Source of the DNA: Eledone cirrhosa
Lineage: Eukaryota
Length of the DNA stretch: 64,000 nucleotides
Assembly (NCBI GenBank): GCA_964016885.1
Contig: OZ024743.1
Coordinates: 153,388,001-153,452,000 of the forward strand
Reading direction: 5' to 3'
The notes under the pieces were generated by a model. It made no database searches and was not told the origin of the DNA. It saw only the letters and a program-made list of their open reading frames with translations. Position numbers and translations under genes: made by a program. This document shows, one piece after another, positions 13,253 to 27,719 of the stretch. Each line of letters starts with the position of its first letter. The stretch's first letter is position 1.

Positions 13253-13712
13253 AGTCAGTTCTTAGATATGCCAGCTCTCTGTGTATACTGTTGATGGTAT
13301 CACAGCCTTTGGACATATGAGCTTGTTAGGAATATTTTGATGTTGTCAGCAGGAATAGTCTTGATTCTCATTGGTCAGTTTGTAGATGGTAGTAGGTTGG
13401 TATTTGACCTCAAAGAGGCAGGTGGTTCTGTAAGGTTCAAACCGTCAGGCAAGATGACAATAGTTCCACATGACTGATTTTCACAAAAGGCATTCTTGGT
13501 CAGATATATTTTTAAATAAGGTTAATAGTATGAAATAGATACTACAGGTCATTCTTAAATTGAGGAATTTATGTGGAGTGGTGCTACTGAAAATTATGGT
13601 TGGAGTAGAAAGTTTACAAATAAAAGGCTTATGTGGGTTGGCTTGCACTACACTCACCCCCACCCCCACAGACACACACACACATCCACACATACAAAAA
13701 GTGGGGTGGTAA

Positions 13713-14584
13713 TCTATCTATATATATAAAGCTGTGGTTGTCTGTCTGTCTATCGATTTTCGGCACACATCTCCTCTTAGAATCTCTGACGGAATTGCAC
13801 CGAAATTGCTATACTTGTACAGTGAGCCCTAGCGAAGACATCGGAAAAATGATATTTCAAATTGACCCACCCTATGTGACGAAATCGAATCTAATGTATC
13901 GATTTTTGAGCGTAAGTGACGGGTTATTTCCCTTTGTTCTATATATATAAAGCTGTTGTTGTCTGTCTGTCTATCGATTTTTGGCACACATCTCCTCTTA
14001 GAATCTCTGACGGAATTGCACCGAAATTGCCATACTTGTACATTGAGCCCTAGCGAAGACAGCGGAAAAGAAATATTTCAAATTGACCCACCCTATGTGA
14101 CGAAATCGAATCTAATGTATCGATGTTTGAGCGTAAGTGACGAGTTATTTCCCTTTGTTCTGTTTACATGGAGCGTCTTATTTTCTGCGTGCAAAAATTA
14201 AAAAAATTACGCTGGCTTTCTCAGCGTTTAAAATGACATTAACACAATACACGAACAGTTGTCGAGCCAGCAAAATTTTGACCTGCAAAATTCATCAGTT
14301 CGAACACTAAGCTTCCGTTTTGCTTCATTTCCATTTAAAAGCCTTTTAAAACAATATTTTTACTTGAAAACAAGTCTATTTAAAGACTACGTAAAACAAG
14401 CAAATATTTCGTAAAAAAAAGCAAAAATTATATAAGTTTATTTAAAATATATGTATCTGTAAATTTCGTTAGGCGTGCAGACAGACAGTCGTGCAGACAG
14501 ACTTTAAGCCAAAAAAGAAACTTAACATTGTAACTTTAACACAGTTACTGAGCGACCCCGAGCAACGCCGGGCTTTACTGCTAG
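13713..14584 (+). mobile_element. Non-autonomous Helitron
   Basis: A^TC 5' end, 3' hairpin CCCGAGCAACGCCGGG then CTAG^T; internal tandem duplication of the first 220 bp or so; (GTCT)n tract. Confidence 0.7.
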
Positions 14585-15249
14585 TACTTAATGTAATGGT
14601 TAGAGTCCAATACTTAGATAGTTTAGACAATTTAGAAATAAAGGGTTTATGCTGGTTCACTTGTACATACACTCACACCTACCCCCTCAAACACTCACAC
14701 ATCTATACACACAAATCCATACAGGTGTGTATATATATATATGCATGCATGCATGTACGCACAAGTATACACACACATATATATATATATATATATAAAA
14801 TATATATATACACAGAACATACATATATATAAAATATATACATACAAAAATATAAAAAAATATATATATACTTAGAATACACACACACAAAATATATACA
14901 CACGTAAAACATACATATATATATATATTAAAAAATACACACACACATACACACATATATATATATATAATATATACATACAGATACGCACACATATATA
15001 AAAAAATACGCATACATACACATATAAAATACACATATATATACACATGATACATATATACATATATATATAAAATCAGGTTCAATAAAACATTGCTTAG
15101 ATGACTCCTAACCAGTAGAGGATCCGGTGGACCATCCACATAAGGACCGCAAACCATGGGTGGTTGTTGTTGTCAATCGGTCATTGGTACGGGGTGTAGG
15201 GGACCTACTGCGGGGGGGGGGGGGGGGCTTGTGGGAGGCCGTAACCGGG

Positions 15250-15945
15250 GTTTATCCATATAGCTTGAGGAAAGTTCCCGTCCATAGGTGTCTGCAGGCA
15301 CCGAATAAGTCGGCTCTTCTATTTAATAGCTTGGTTCCTTTTGAAGAATCTCGAGTGTCTCACTAAGACAGAGGTTGCAAATACCAGACCTGCCTCAGTC
15401 TGGGGGAACCTTTCTAACCACGGACCAGACCAGAGAGTGCGGGGTCTTTTCAAGTTTGAGCTTCCAGATCAGTTCAGATCAGAAATGGCCGCTGTGGATC
15501 CTATGTAGTGGTGCTCCGAGTTAGGAGTTGTGGTCTTGCACCTGTAGACCACGTTTTTGGTCATGCATTCATTACTAAGGGGGCATAGCGACGGGTCTCT
15601 GCAATTACATGACTTCTTAAGCCCCACCACATGTACCGCGTGGTTAGCATCACTCGGGGTTGGCTGGGTAGCCTCCGCAATCACCACAGGGTCATTGAGT
15701 TCTGGTGTGCTAGTTGGGCCTGTCCGGGTTTCGATGCGTCCCGCGTGCTGGTTCTGTTGGGTGGCTCCGGGGTTTACGGTGGTATTAGAGGCAGTGAGCC
15801 TATTCCTATTTATGCCAGCTATGTGCTGGGCTACGGAGCGTGTGGTTGAGTAGGAAAGTTTCACCGTGTGCCTGTTGAATATTTTATGGTACTTATGGGC
15901 CCTAGGGAAACATATATCTAGTACTCTAAAGAATGTTCTAGCCAA
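15250..15945 (-). mobile_element. Penelope-like (Naiad-like) GIY-YIG fragment
   Basis: HKYHKIFNRHTVKLSYSTT, CNCRDPSLCPLSNECMTKNVVY, HYIGST, later CNLCLSE..LLNRR..ACRH. Confidence 0.8.
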
Positions 15946-16238
15946 GAGAGAGAGAGAGATGTTTTGTACGGCTTTTGGAGGAAGGAGTGACCAGCAGTAC
16001 GTTGTTCGGTATTATTACGAAAAGGTGTAGTAGAGAATCCCGCGTGAACTAACAGCTCGGGAGGAAATTGCTTACCTCGAAGATTCATTTGCCATCGTTC
16101 TTGTCAACGTTCTGTTTACTTGGTATTTGTTGGTCTACAGTTAGATGAATGGTGCACAAAGGGTTAATGTTTATTGGCAAGAAGTTTTTTGAATAATAAA
16201 AGATGGGTTAAAGCGACCTACAATGTATCTGTGTGTGC

Positions 16239-16276
<38 letters not shown>

Positions 16277-16286
16277 ATACAGATAC

Positions 16287-16318
<32 letters not shown>

Positions 16319-16322
16319 ATGC

Positions 16323-16360
<38 letters not shown>

Positions 16361-16367
16361 ATGTATG

Positions 16368-16428
<61 letters not shown>

Positions 16429-17379
16429 ATATGTGCGTGTGTATATATACATATATTTTTATGGGTATATTTATATATGTGTATATGTGTATATGTATAT
16501 ATGTGTATATGTGTTTTTATATGTATATATATATATGTATATGTGTTTATATGTGTGTGTATATGTATATATGAGTATATATATATAAGTATATATGTAT
16601 ATATAAATGTGCGTGTGTGTGTGTGTGTACGCGCGTGTGTGAATGTAGCGAAGATAATACGTCAGAATGACGTTATGCAGACAGCCAGGCATACAGACGG
16701 ATATTATAAGAGTGCGACGGAGATGGATAACCGGCGCCTAACACCCTTTAACAACAGAAAATTGAAAAGAAAAGCAGCAGTTAATATCTTTCGACCGCAA
16801 GGAATATATAAATGCAAGGTTGAAGTCAATAGGAGTAGAAATGTGGATTTGTATAGACTTTGCAAAAATGAGGACACACAGACAACATCAGTTTTATATA
16901 TATATATCGTTAAATTTAGGAAGAGGAAAACGTTGAAGATTGCATAGAAACACACATATATATATATAGCCTAAGAACGGTGACGCAAACACACACATAT
17001 ATATGTGTGTGTGTAGACATTCTTCAACTTTTTATCTCTTTAAAGTTAACGATATATATATATATATATATATTACAAACAAACCCTGCGAAAATCCATC
17101 TATTTGTTTTGCAAGGGTTTCGTTATGAAATCATGTGTTGAAACACATTGTTATATTTGGGGAGGGTCATGTTGTCCAAAATAATAATAAAACACACCCA
17201 CTGTTTGGTTTGGTTTACACTTCAGTTCAGTATATCTATATATTTTCATAGATAATTTAGCTGGCACCCAGAAACGAAAAACGTTATAGAAACACAATGG
17301 GAGGAAATCACTGAATATGTCACAGAAAAAATGCGTGGTGTGACGAAGGAGCTTTGAGAAATATTATCTATATTAATAA

Positions 17380-18640
17380 GTTATAGGATTTTGAAGTTGA
17401 TGTCATCCTCAATGCCCGTAAGTCGGTGATTAATTTCGATTATTTGGATTAAAAAGTCTAACAGTACCCCATTCGACGTGAGTATGGGTGCCAGCGATCC
17501 GACGGAGATTACTGATCTTATCGGCCTTTTTCTTCTTTTCTCTATCAAGGAAGAATTCCCCAATTGTGGCAGTGGTTTGTACCATGATGACGGTCTTTTG
17601 ACCATGACAAAGTGCGGTCCACGCGCTTGCGACAGGTTAAGAAAAGAACTCACAGCCTTCTTTAAAGAATTCAACCTCTCCATACAGGTTGAGGCCAACC
17701 TCTCGGTCGTTAATTACCTCGACGTTACCCTCAATTTGTCGAATGGCTTTCACTACCCGTATAGAAAGTCGAATGATACGCTTAATTACATAAATAATCA
17801 TTATAACCATCCTGCCAGCATAACCAAGAACCTGGTAAGAAACGTTTCTTTGAGGCTTTCCCGTCTATATACAAACGAGCATATTTTCACTGACCATTCC
17901 ACATATTACAATGAAGCTCATGCTCGGAGTGGATTTGTCGATAAGGTAGCATATACTAAGTATGAGCATAAACCAAAGGAAAATAGATCCCGACGGATTA
18001 TATGGTATAACCCACCATATAATATGGAGGTGGCTACACCATTAGTTAAGATCTTTCTCTCTTTTATTAAGAAGCATTTTCCCTCAGCACATAAATATAA
18101 TAACATTTTTAATAGAAATACTGTTAAAATATCTTGCTTTACGACTCCTAAACTTGCACATAACATCACTGCTTCAAATTTAGCTAAATTACCTAGCCAT
18201 AGGAACACGTGCAACCCTGTAACTATTACTAACTGTAATTGTAGGAATCGGGTTGACTGCTCTCTATCCGGGAAATGTCTCTCCAGTAACATTGTCTACA
18301 AATGTAAGGTCGAAACACCCATGTCCCGTAGGGTCTACATAGGGTTAACCGCCAATAGATTCAAGCAGCGTCTTTACATGCACACCCATTCTTTTTTAAC
18401 CCTTTAAGAACGAATATGACTTTCAGCTTATATCTGGAGTCTAGAAGACAACCACACCCAATATAGGTTACACTGGGAGATCCTAGCTAGGGCTAGATCG
18501 TATAACGGAAATAAAAGACCATGTGATCTTTGCGCCGCTGAAGCCCTGGAAATACTCTACGCCAATGACCACATCTTAAACAAACATCTGAGGTAATTCC
18601 GGCTTGTAAATATAAATTGCATAACACTTTCCTGTAATAC
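17380..18640 (+). mobile_element. Penelope-like (Naiad-like) RT-GIY-YIG relic
   Basis: ORF 17478-18407: SMGASDPTEITDLIG, LYHDDG, NYLDVTL, WYNPP, CNC..C, VYIGLTANRFKQR; frameshifted C-terminus with PCDLC. Confidence 0.85.
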
Positions 18641-19134
18641 AGCCCCACGTTATACCCTAACGAATAGTACGATAATTTACGTCTTGATGTGGTAGCTAAG
18701 TATATACTGGTACATATGTAAATGGTTATGTGTATATGTGAATTTTGTGTTTGTGTGTGTATGCATGTTTGCACGTATGTAAGGTGTGTATATGTGTACT
18801 TTGTGTTTTGGTTGACGTACGTTTAGTGAGCATATGTGTATTTACCTGTAGGTATGTGTGTGCGTGCGTTATATACGTTTTTATGTGTGTATATTTATAT
18901 ACGTTTATATAAGTATATGTATATACACACGCACACACATATATATATTTTTTTATGTGTATTTGGTGTATACGTTCATATGTGTGCGGGTACAGGTGTC
19001 GCGCGGGTTTATGTATGCGTGCGCGTGTTTATGTGTACATGCTTGTATACATGCATGCATGGCGGGTATTTTCGCGTATGCATGTGTATGTACGTATATG
19101 GATGCGTGTATGTATATATTTAATTATTGTTGAT

Positions 19135-19500
19135 TTCAATAACCTCTGTCATTTTCGTTCTACTAATTTATTTACATTATTCTTAACTCTGAAGCCGAGA
19201 ATCATTCGGTTTCTTGAATAGGATATTAGTCTACGACTTCATTTATACCGTAAACATGGTTTTGTCTTTGCGTGTAATTGTTCTCATCGTTCCACATAAT
19301 GACGTATTATCTTTTCTTTTTTCCGTTCATTGCCAGGGAACGTCTTCACGAACCAAAGTATCTGTTTTCCTTCGGTTGCAATGTTTTTCAAAATATTCAC
19401 TTCTGCGTTCACAGATTGATTTTTCTAGTTTCAGAAGATCTCGTTAAAGGTGAAAGCAGCGATTTATTGCTTAAACTTTAATATGTTATTTTAACAAATA
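19135..19500 (+). repeat. Repeat family A copy
   Basis: CAGAAGA core at about 19432; matches the other copies. Confidence 0.75.
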
Positions 19501-19717
19501 TATATATATATATATTGGTAAAAGGAAAAGAAAATGCTGACAAATTGTTCCCAGTGAAATATAGTTTAATTAGGAATAAGTAAAAATTAGTAATAGTATT
19601 GGTTAGTATTCAGTTTTGGTATTAAGTTTTTACCGGTTGCGCATTTCTAATGCTTTTCAAAAATAATTTTGAGATAGAGCGCCCGTGATGTTTGCTCGAA
19701 TCTGTAGATGGATCTTC

Positions 19718-19760
<43 letters not shown>

Positions 19761-19849
19761 ACACATCACCCGGTATGAGAATTGAACTCACAACCTTTCG
19801 ATCGCAAGGCCAATGCTCTAACCACTAAGCCATATATATATATATGTGA

Positions 19850-20170
19850 TGTGATGTGTCCTTGAACAAGACACTTTATTTTCACATTGCTCCAGTTTAC
19901 TCAGCTGTAGAAATGAGATGATAGGGACTGGGGTCCCTATCATTCCACTGCAAAGTAGTCGTGGAGGTGCCACGGCAAAAAAGCCCCCAGCCCACACTAT
20001 AAAGTGGACGTGTAGGCGCCACGGAAAAAAAGCACCCATCACTCACTGTAAATTAGATTGGTGTTAGGAAGGGCATCCAGCTGTAGAAATCAAGCCAGAA
20101 TCAGCTCCCGTCCCAACCTTGCAAGCAGGGAAAAGCGGACGTAAAATGATGATGATTATGATGATGATAT
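19850..20170 (+). mobile_element. SINE with RTE-derived 3' tail
   Basis: Inverted copy at 59977-60198; tail cccgtcc..ccttgcaagcagggaaaagc..taaaatgatgatg shared with the LINE end at 27612-27670. Confidence 0.7.
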
Positions 20171-20688
20171 ATATATATATATATATTGTTATACTTGTGG
20201 AGGATCATATTGTAATAATATTGCCAGAAATAATAACAGAACACACTCAATGTTTGGTTGGTTTTCGCTTCTGTATCCTTTATACCTACATAGTTAATTT
20301 ATTTGACAATTAATGCTTATCATTGATTGACCAGCGGTTAAAAATACTTGTGCGGACTTGTGAATGCACATGGCTTATTGGTTAGAATAGAGGCTTGCAA
20401 TTGTAAGATTGTGAGTTTGATTCCCAGAGCAAGTGATACATTGTGACATTGAACAAGACAGCTTATTTCACATTGCTCCAATTTACTGCAAAAATGAATT
20501 GCAACATCAGTGGTGCCAAGCTGTACTGATATGTGCCCATCTCTTGGACAACATCCATTGGTGGCGTGGAGATGGGAGACCAGTAGTCATGTCAATTTCT
20601 GGTCTCCACAAACAACCTTGCCCAGACTTCTTTGAAGTAGAATTTTCTAGATGCAAATCACATGGTTATTTGTGACTGGTTATACATC

Positions 20689-20719
<31 letters not shown>

Positions 20720-23700
20720 TTGTGTGTGTTTGTGTGTGCGTGCGTTTGAGATTGAGAGAAAGAGAGTTAGTGAGAGTGTTTATCAGAGAGAGAATGAGTA
20801 AGAGAGAATCATATAGATGCAGAAATATATAAATAAATTTTGCAAATAAATGTTAAGACCTTTATTTAGGAAGTATATATTTTTATCAATATTTTTTGGT
20901 AAATTTAATGGGAATTGATATATTGGTGTTTCCTTAATGATAGATACGGAACTGGCTGTAATTGCTTTCAACTTCAAATCTTAGTGCATTACATAAACTG
21001 GCTTCATCTATCCCTATAATGTATGCATTTAACTGTAAAATATCTTGTAGCGAATAATCCAGTTGTAACGGATAAGTGAATTGATGGAATTGTTGGTATG
21101 ATGGTGTCAATGCAAAGAATAATATCATGATGGTGTTGTTACAATGTTTATTTTATTATAACAATATTCAATTTGAACATTGAATGATAAAATCTATAAC
21201 ATGAAATATTCGTACAATAATTTGGTGGCTCTTCGAGCCACGTACATACAAGTATCACAAAATACGATTATAATATAAGATACAATGTGACAAATAGAAA
21301 TGGTTCGTGTGAAATGAAAACAGTGTGAACTTACTATGTGTGCGCGTGTGCGTATTAGTATACTTTCTTGCTTTTAGCAGTAGTAGTAATCACTCGGCCA
21401 GGCGTGTAAGGCGTGTGAGAAAATAGTGGACAGACGTTTTTCGTGAAGGGAGATTTGATAGTGTAGGTGAAAAGTCCGTTCTTGTCTGTCGTATCACTTT
21501 TTCTGCCGGGGCGTAAACAACACTTGTATTTATAAGGGTTGAAGTTAGAAGGATAGATATATCCTCTGACCTTTGGTTAGAATCTCCCAAGGGGTTGGTC
21601 TGCCGGGTGTAAACAACTTAGAAGGATGGATATATCTGAACTCTTTTTTGCCAGGTGTAAACAACATCTGACCTGTGTTTAGCATCTCCCAAGGGTTGGT
21701 CTGCCGGGCGTAAACAACTAACCATGGCTTGTCCCAGAGGTGGGAAAGCTCAGATTCGGTCTCGAATATTCGCCGCCGTTATAATCTGCTCAAAGCAATG
21801 CATGCCATGAATAGAAAGGATGAACACGGATTTACCAAACTCAGCTATGTAAACAAGGAAAATGTGATGTTGGGAAAATGACTTATTTTCTCATTTTCTT
21901 CCACATTTATTTACTCCTTCGTGGTTGCATAGGTAGAATATTTTTATTTGGTCAAGCAATTATTTTTACAGCCAAATTTCCTTGCAACTGATGATGCCTC
22001 ATCTGTGCATTAAGAATAGAACATTTTAGACATTCAGTTAAAAGGAGCAACATATTTGTAGAATCTCTTTCAAATAATATACTTCGGTTCTTATAAAAGG
22101 AAAGCCAGATTAGATAATGTAATAATTATTTATTATATATGTAAAGGGCTAGTGTGGTGTTATTCAATTAAATCCATTATAGTATTTGGCTAGTAGAAAA
22201 ATATTTTGTTGATTTTTGAAGAATGACAGTTAACATCAACAAGATTTTAACTCACAATGTAAAGAGCTGGAATAAATACTGCACAGATTTTGTCTAATGC
22301 TCTAATGCTCTATATATTTTGCTTAGGAAAATAGGAGGGTTACGAAAGGAATACCTTTGATTATAGGTCTCCTTGATCAGAATTGTGCTGAAGCAGCAGC
22401 ATGGATCAAACTAAAGAAGAAGAGTTATGCACTTGTTTCAAGATTATTGGAGGATCTGTGATAGCCCATCCAAAGACATGATAACATTGTGGTATATGTT
22501 CAGCAAGAGGCTCAATAAGAATTTCACAAGAATGGCAGTGGTAACATTTTGAATGCATGGTCATATGATCAGTAAAGCAACAATGTAAGGAGATATAGAA
22601 CATAAAAAGAAAATATATATGAAATAAAGAAAATCAATATGAAAACAGAAATTAGTAAATTTCTATAATGATTCTACCTAGCAACATAATTTCTTTATTT
22701 GAAAACTGGAGGTGTTTGATATCTGTTCCATGAGTGGTTCTTTGATTAGTATCTTAATTTAACTGCTGTTTTTGCTAGAAATAGGTCTCAGATAAAATTA
22801 CAAAAGAATTCTAAAGGATTTCATGTAATCTACAGCCTCATGATATATTAATGTTCAAAAACACACATGTACGCACAATCAAAAAGACACAGAGATATAC
22901 AAGCACATGTATATATATATATACACATGCAATGTTGTTTTGACAGCCAACTTTGAGAATATTATAAGAGATTATGAACTGTGATGGGTAATTCAGGAAA
23001 GTTTATCTCAAGAAAAAATATGTATAGGTAGAGCTAGGTAAATAGATTTTTACAATCAGTTATGATACTTTAGAATTTTTATGCAGCAAATTAAAATAAA
23101 TAAATATACATACACACATGCACACACATCCAGTCATGCACCCATATCAACATATGCATGCATGTGTGTATATAGCTCCATCAAATGGTGTATTGTACAC
23201 GTGTGTAAACAACTTAAAATGAGTATTGTGACAAAAGCAAAACTTTATAATGGATGAGGCACAATATGTAATTTATGTACCACAGATAAACTAAATATTC
23301 TTACTTTATCAACCAATATCCTGAACTCACAGGAAGAAACTCTCTCACCCTGCCTGCATACAAGGAATTATAGCCTAAGTTGCTTCAAGCATGTTCATGC
23401 CCTGGATGATACCAATCTGCACACTAGATAAATACTGGTTCATGGAATACACAACCACACTGGATATCAATGTGTACTGGATGATCAAATAGTAGAAGAT
23501 CCATCTACTTCCACAAACACCAAACCCATCAAAATTCCCACCTACACTCACCCAACATACATCCACACACTCAGGCTTAGAGCACACCTGACTATCCCTA
23601 ATTTAGTGTGCCAGATTATGTATACATCACAGATCATTCAAGTTTCTATATCTTGCAAACAATTTAACAACTGTTATCTCCCGAGCTTTGCAGATTGTTT

Positions 23701-24627
23701 GTAACCTAACATTATTTGTTTCTTCCAAATCATGTTTGCAGATCTTTTCCCAAATCTTTCAGCTCTACATTCTACAATTATCACCACCCATCAGGACTTA
23801 TATTCAATAATTTAAATTTTTATATATTTTCATCTATATTTCCATATATTGTTACTGCCAATGCTATCACATATTCATCATGTCTGTATTTCAATTACTT
23901 TAGCATTATCATCATCACTATATCTACCTTGTTATCATTGTAATCTTCATTGTAGCTTTGACAGTAATGTAATACATAGGTTATGCTACAGAATACTACT
24001 ATTTTTCAGTCTCTACTACTTCACTGTTTCTTACCATTAACAAATAGCATTTAACCCTTTTGCTAATTTTACTGTTTCATTAACTGTCATTTTTTAACTG
24101 ATTTCCTATCGTTTTATCATCATTGTCATTGTATACACCTTCCATGCTGATTTCTTTTCATCACCATCATCAGTAATATAATAATTTTTTTTTTTATGCA
24201 AGAACGTTTTATTAATAAAAATCAAAAAAATTATAAACAAATCTATTTCAAATAACAACACTACATATATTTAAAAACGGAAAATGAAAGGAAAATCTAG
24301 GGCTGTAAAGTCACAGAAGAATGTGAGAGGGAAGGGGGAGAGTGATGGGCTCTAGGCTAAGGGACTGCCCCCCCCCCCCCCATGGACAAGGACCAGCAAC
24401 ACCTGCTGCAACAGCCACCCTTCCTCAGGCGGGCTGCCAACATTCCGATCTTGAAGAGGAACTTGGGAGTATGGAGTCTAAGTATGACAAAGAAGAAGTG
24501 GCTAGTCAATCCCCGTTTCTGCCATCTAAATTTCTTATTTTATCCACTCCATTAATTGATATACACTCACCTAACCATATAACAAATTTTCTATTCATTT
24601 TTGTTAATCATTATTTTCTATTCATCA

Positions 24628-24812
24628 CGGTGGATTGGCAGTATCGGTAGAGGGTCGGACGCCATGCTTTCCAGCATAGTTACGTCCCTTTACAATCTGA
24701 GTTCAAATCCCGCCGAGGTTGACTTTGCCTTTCATCCTTACGGGGTCGATAAAATAAAGTACCAGTAATGCACTGGATAATTGCTGGCCTTGTGCCTAAC
24801 GTAGAAACAATT
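24628..24812 (+). mobile_element. tRNA-derived SINE (same family as 3648)
   Basis: TGGCAGTATCGG A-box-like motif, GAGTTCAAATCCC B-box, shared core. Confidence 0.75.
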
Positions 24813-25769
24813 ATTTTCTATTCATCACATCACCTTAAGCAGCATCATAATCCACCATTCCAATCATCAATATAAGCAGCATTATTCTATTAAAAGTTTC
24901 CCTAGCAGACACCCACCGACCAGTTATATCTGATTCATTCTGTCCACTATCAACATCATCTTGCAACTTACTTATTAACACTCTTTCTCAACCCTATCCT
25001 CCTTTTACCCCTCTTCTTTCATCCCTACTTCGACCTCTCCTTCCTTCTCTCTGCTCTTACTTTTGTTCTTTTTCTATTTTCTTTCCTCCTTTTCCCTCTG
25101 TTCTCTTTCCTCCTATCTTGCTTCCAACATTTGCTTGCCACCTCTAATACGTCTCACAAAATTGATATTCAACAGAGATATAGAATATGTTAAGTAACAT
25201 ATAAGAATTATATTTGCAAGGGGGAAATGGGGGAATTCCAAAGAAAGAAAAGTAGTGAGGCAAGGCATGCATCCTACAGTGATAATAGTGTGGCCCTGGG
25301 ATGTATTCAGAGATCAAAAGAGTCAAAATGAGATAGACACATTAGGCGGGGGTGGTCCATGTGGAACTCCAGGAGGCATGGTTACTAACCAAATAGCTTG
25401 AGGAAAGATCCTATCCTTTGGTGTCAACAAGAAGCAAAAAAATTGGCCCTTCTATTGATTACTTGTATTCCTCCTCTGAGTATCACAAGGGTCTCATTCA
25501 GACAGAGGCTACAAATGCCTGATCTGCCAGTGTCTGGTGGTACCTTCCTAATCTTGGACCAGACCAAAGAGAATGGAGTCCTGTCCAACTTAAGCTGGTT
25601 TAATTGACAAATATGAAATCATACATGAGAGCTGTATAGGAATATTTCTCCTATAGTGAGTGAATAGAAAAAATATTTCTATACAGCTATCATGGATGAT
25701 TTCATAATTGGCAATGAAACAGGTGTTAGATTATTTAATCAAATAAATCTTTCTTCCAATTTCTCCTCA

Positions 25770-26640
25770 CTTCTTGACTGCCATTCCTAATTCTATATTT
25801 TATACTAACTTCCTCTGTGAATTCTTGGAACCTTGTATCATAATCAAAGATTTTACATCTGAACAATTATCCATCTTGGAGCTGTCCAACATGACCATTA
25901 AAGTCCCCTGCCAGCATAGCGATGTCTCCATCCTCTGTCATTGTGGCTGTCTGTTAAAGTTGCTCATAAAAGTAGTCTTTCTCTTCTTTACCTAGGCCTG
26001 CCTGGGAAGCATAGGCAGAGATGATTGTCAGTAGTCTGTTGCTTACAACTAATCTAAGCTTAATTATTCTATTACTAACTCTAACTACCTCTATTGTCTT
26101 ATTGATCCATATCTCAGCCAGTAAAATGCCCACCCCACCTAGCCTATCATCATTACTCACCCAGGAAAGCTTATAACTAAGATGTTTGCCTGTGATTAGT
26201 CTCGCAGAGCACCTCTCCATCTCACCTCTTGCTCGCAGCACAGATACACATGCCTTCTCTCCAGCATCTCCGCTATCTCACCAGATCTACCTGTTAGAGT
26301 GCCAACATTATGTGTGGCAACTCTGAGATGCAACATCTTCATATTCTTGTTCTTGTTCCTGTTGTGCAATTGCTTGATGACGGTCGAGGGGTTCTCGCAC
26401 ATGGCCACACCAGCCACCCCGCTACCGTGTGCAGCCCTAACATGGTTAGTGTTATGGCTGTTTACGCAGTTGTTGTTGTTGTGTGATTGCTTGATGATGG
26501 TTGGGGGGTTCTCTCACATGGCCGCACCAGCCACCCCTCTACCGTGCGCAGCCCTAACATGGTTAGTGTTATTGCTGTTTACGCAGTTGTTGCAAATCTC
26601 ATTTGTTGTGCTCATAGTTTTTGGTAGTAGTTTATATACT
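25770..26640 (-). mobile_element. RTE-clade LINE 5' part (5'UTR plus APE endonuclease), decayed
   Basis: RVATHNVGTLTGRSGEIAEMLERR..QEVRWRG, GVGILL, IISAYASQAG, GDFNGHVG; tandem duplication of about 120 bp at 26365-26592. Confidence 0.8.
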
Positions 26641-27666
26641 GGTTGGATGATAAGTGTGTCCAGAATGATGCCAGTGTACTTAGTGTCACAAATGATCAAA
26701 AAAAGGAGGCCTGGAAATGTCATTATGAGAGACTGATGAATGTGGAGAATGAATGGGAGAGAGAGAAACTGAGAGTGAACATAGCTAAGACAAAAGTGTT
26801 GATAAGTAGAAAAGAGGACAACACTCTGATTCCATCAGGAAAATGGCCATGTTCGATATGTAGAAAAGGAACCGGCATAAATTCTATAAAATGTATGCAA
26901 TGCAGATCTTGGTTACACAAGATATGTAGTGGGATAGCAGGCAAACTAACAGATAGGGAAAAATATGTATGCAGTAGATGTACAGGGAAAGTTGACAGTA
27001 CTAATCGCAGTGGTAGACACATATTTCAAATGCAGGTGGGTTCTATAGAAGTGGTTGATAGCTTCCGGTACCTAGTTGATCAGATTAGCGTGGGAGGGGA
27101 GTGTTCCGAGGCCATATTATCTAGAATAAGGACAGGTTGGAAAAAGTTTAGGGAGCTGCTTCCTCTGTTAACAAAGAAGGGTTTCTCCCTGCGTACGAAA
27201 GGCCGGTTATATGATGCCTGTGTGAAATGCGCAATGCTGCATGGTAGTGTGACATGGGCAGCAACTACAGAGGATATGCGGCGGCTGGAGAGAAATGGAG
27301 CAAGCATGCTCCGTTGGATGTCAATGTGTGTGAACGACCAAGCATAGATGAGTTCAGAGAGAAACTGGGTATAAGAGGGATAAGTTGTGGTGTGCAGGAG
27401 AGAAGACTGAAATGGTATAGACATGTGATGCGCATGGCGGATGACCGCTTAGTAAGGAAGTGCCAATAAATCCCAGTAGGAGGAAGACGCAGTAGAGGAA
27501 GACCACGAAAAACATGGGCGGAGGAGGTGAGAGCAGACCTCAGGTCGCTGAAGTTCATGGAGGCGATGACAAAGGACCATGACAAGTGGAGAGATGTTGT
27601 GCTGAATAGTACCCGTCCCACCCTTGCAAGCAGGGAAAAGCAGATCTAAAATCATGATGATGATGA

Positions 27667-27670
<4 letters not shown>
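26641..27670 (+). mobile_element. RTE-clade LINE 3' part, RT core deleted
   Basis: LRVNIAKTKV, Cys-rich WPCSIC..CMQC..H..C insert, FRYL, RLYDACV..MLHGS.TW, RLKWY.HVMRM, RGRPRKTW; (ATG)n tail. Confidence 0.8.

Positions 27671-27719
<49 letters not shown>

Noticed and set aside
14687-16947. Many YI/CV-rich ORFs here and elsewhere (e.g. 1-195, 8655-9118, 18726-19221)
   Set aside because: Translations of (TA)n, (TG)n and (TATG)n microsatellites, not genes.
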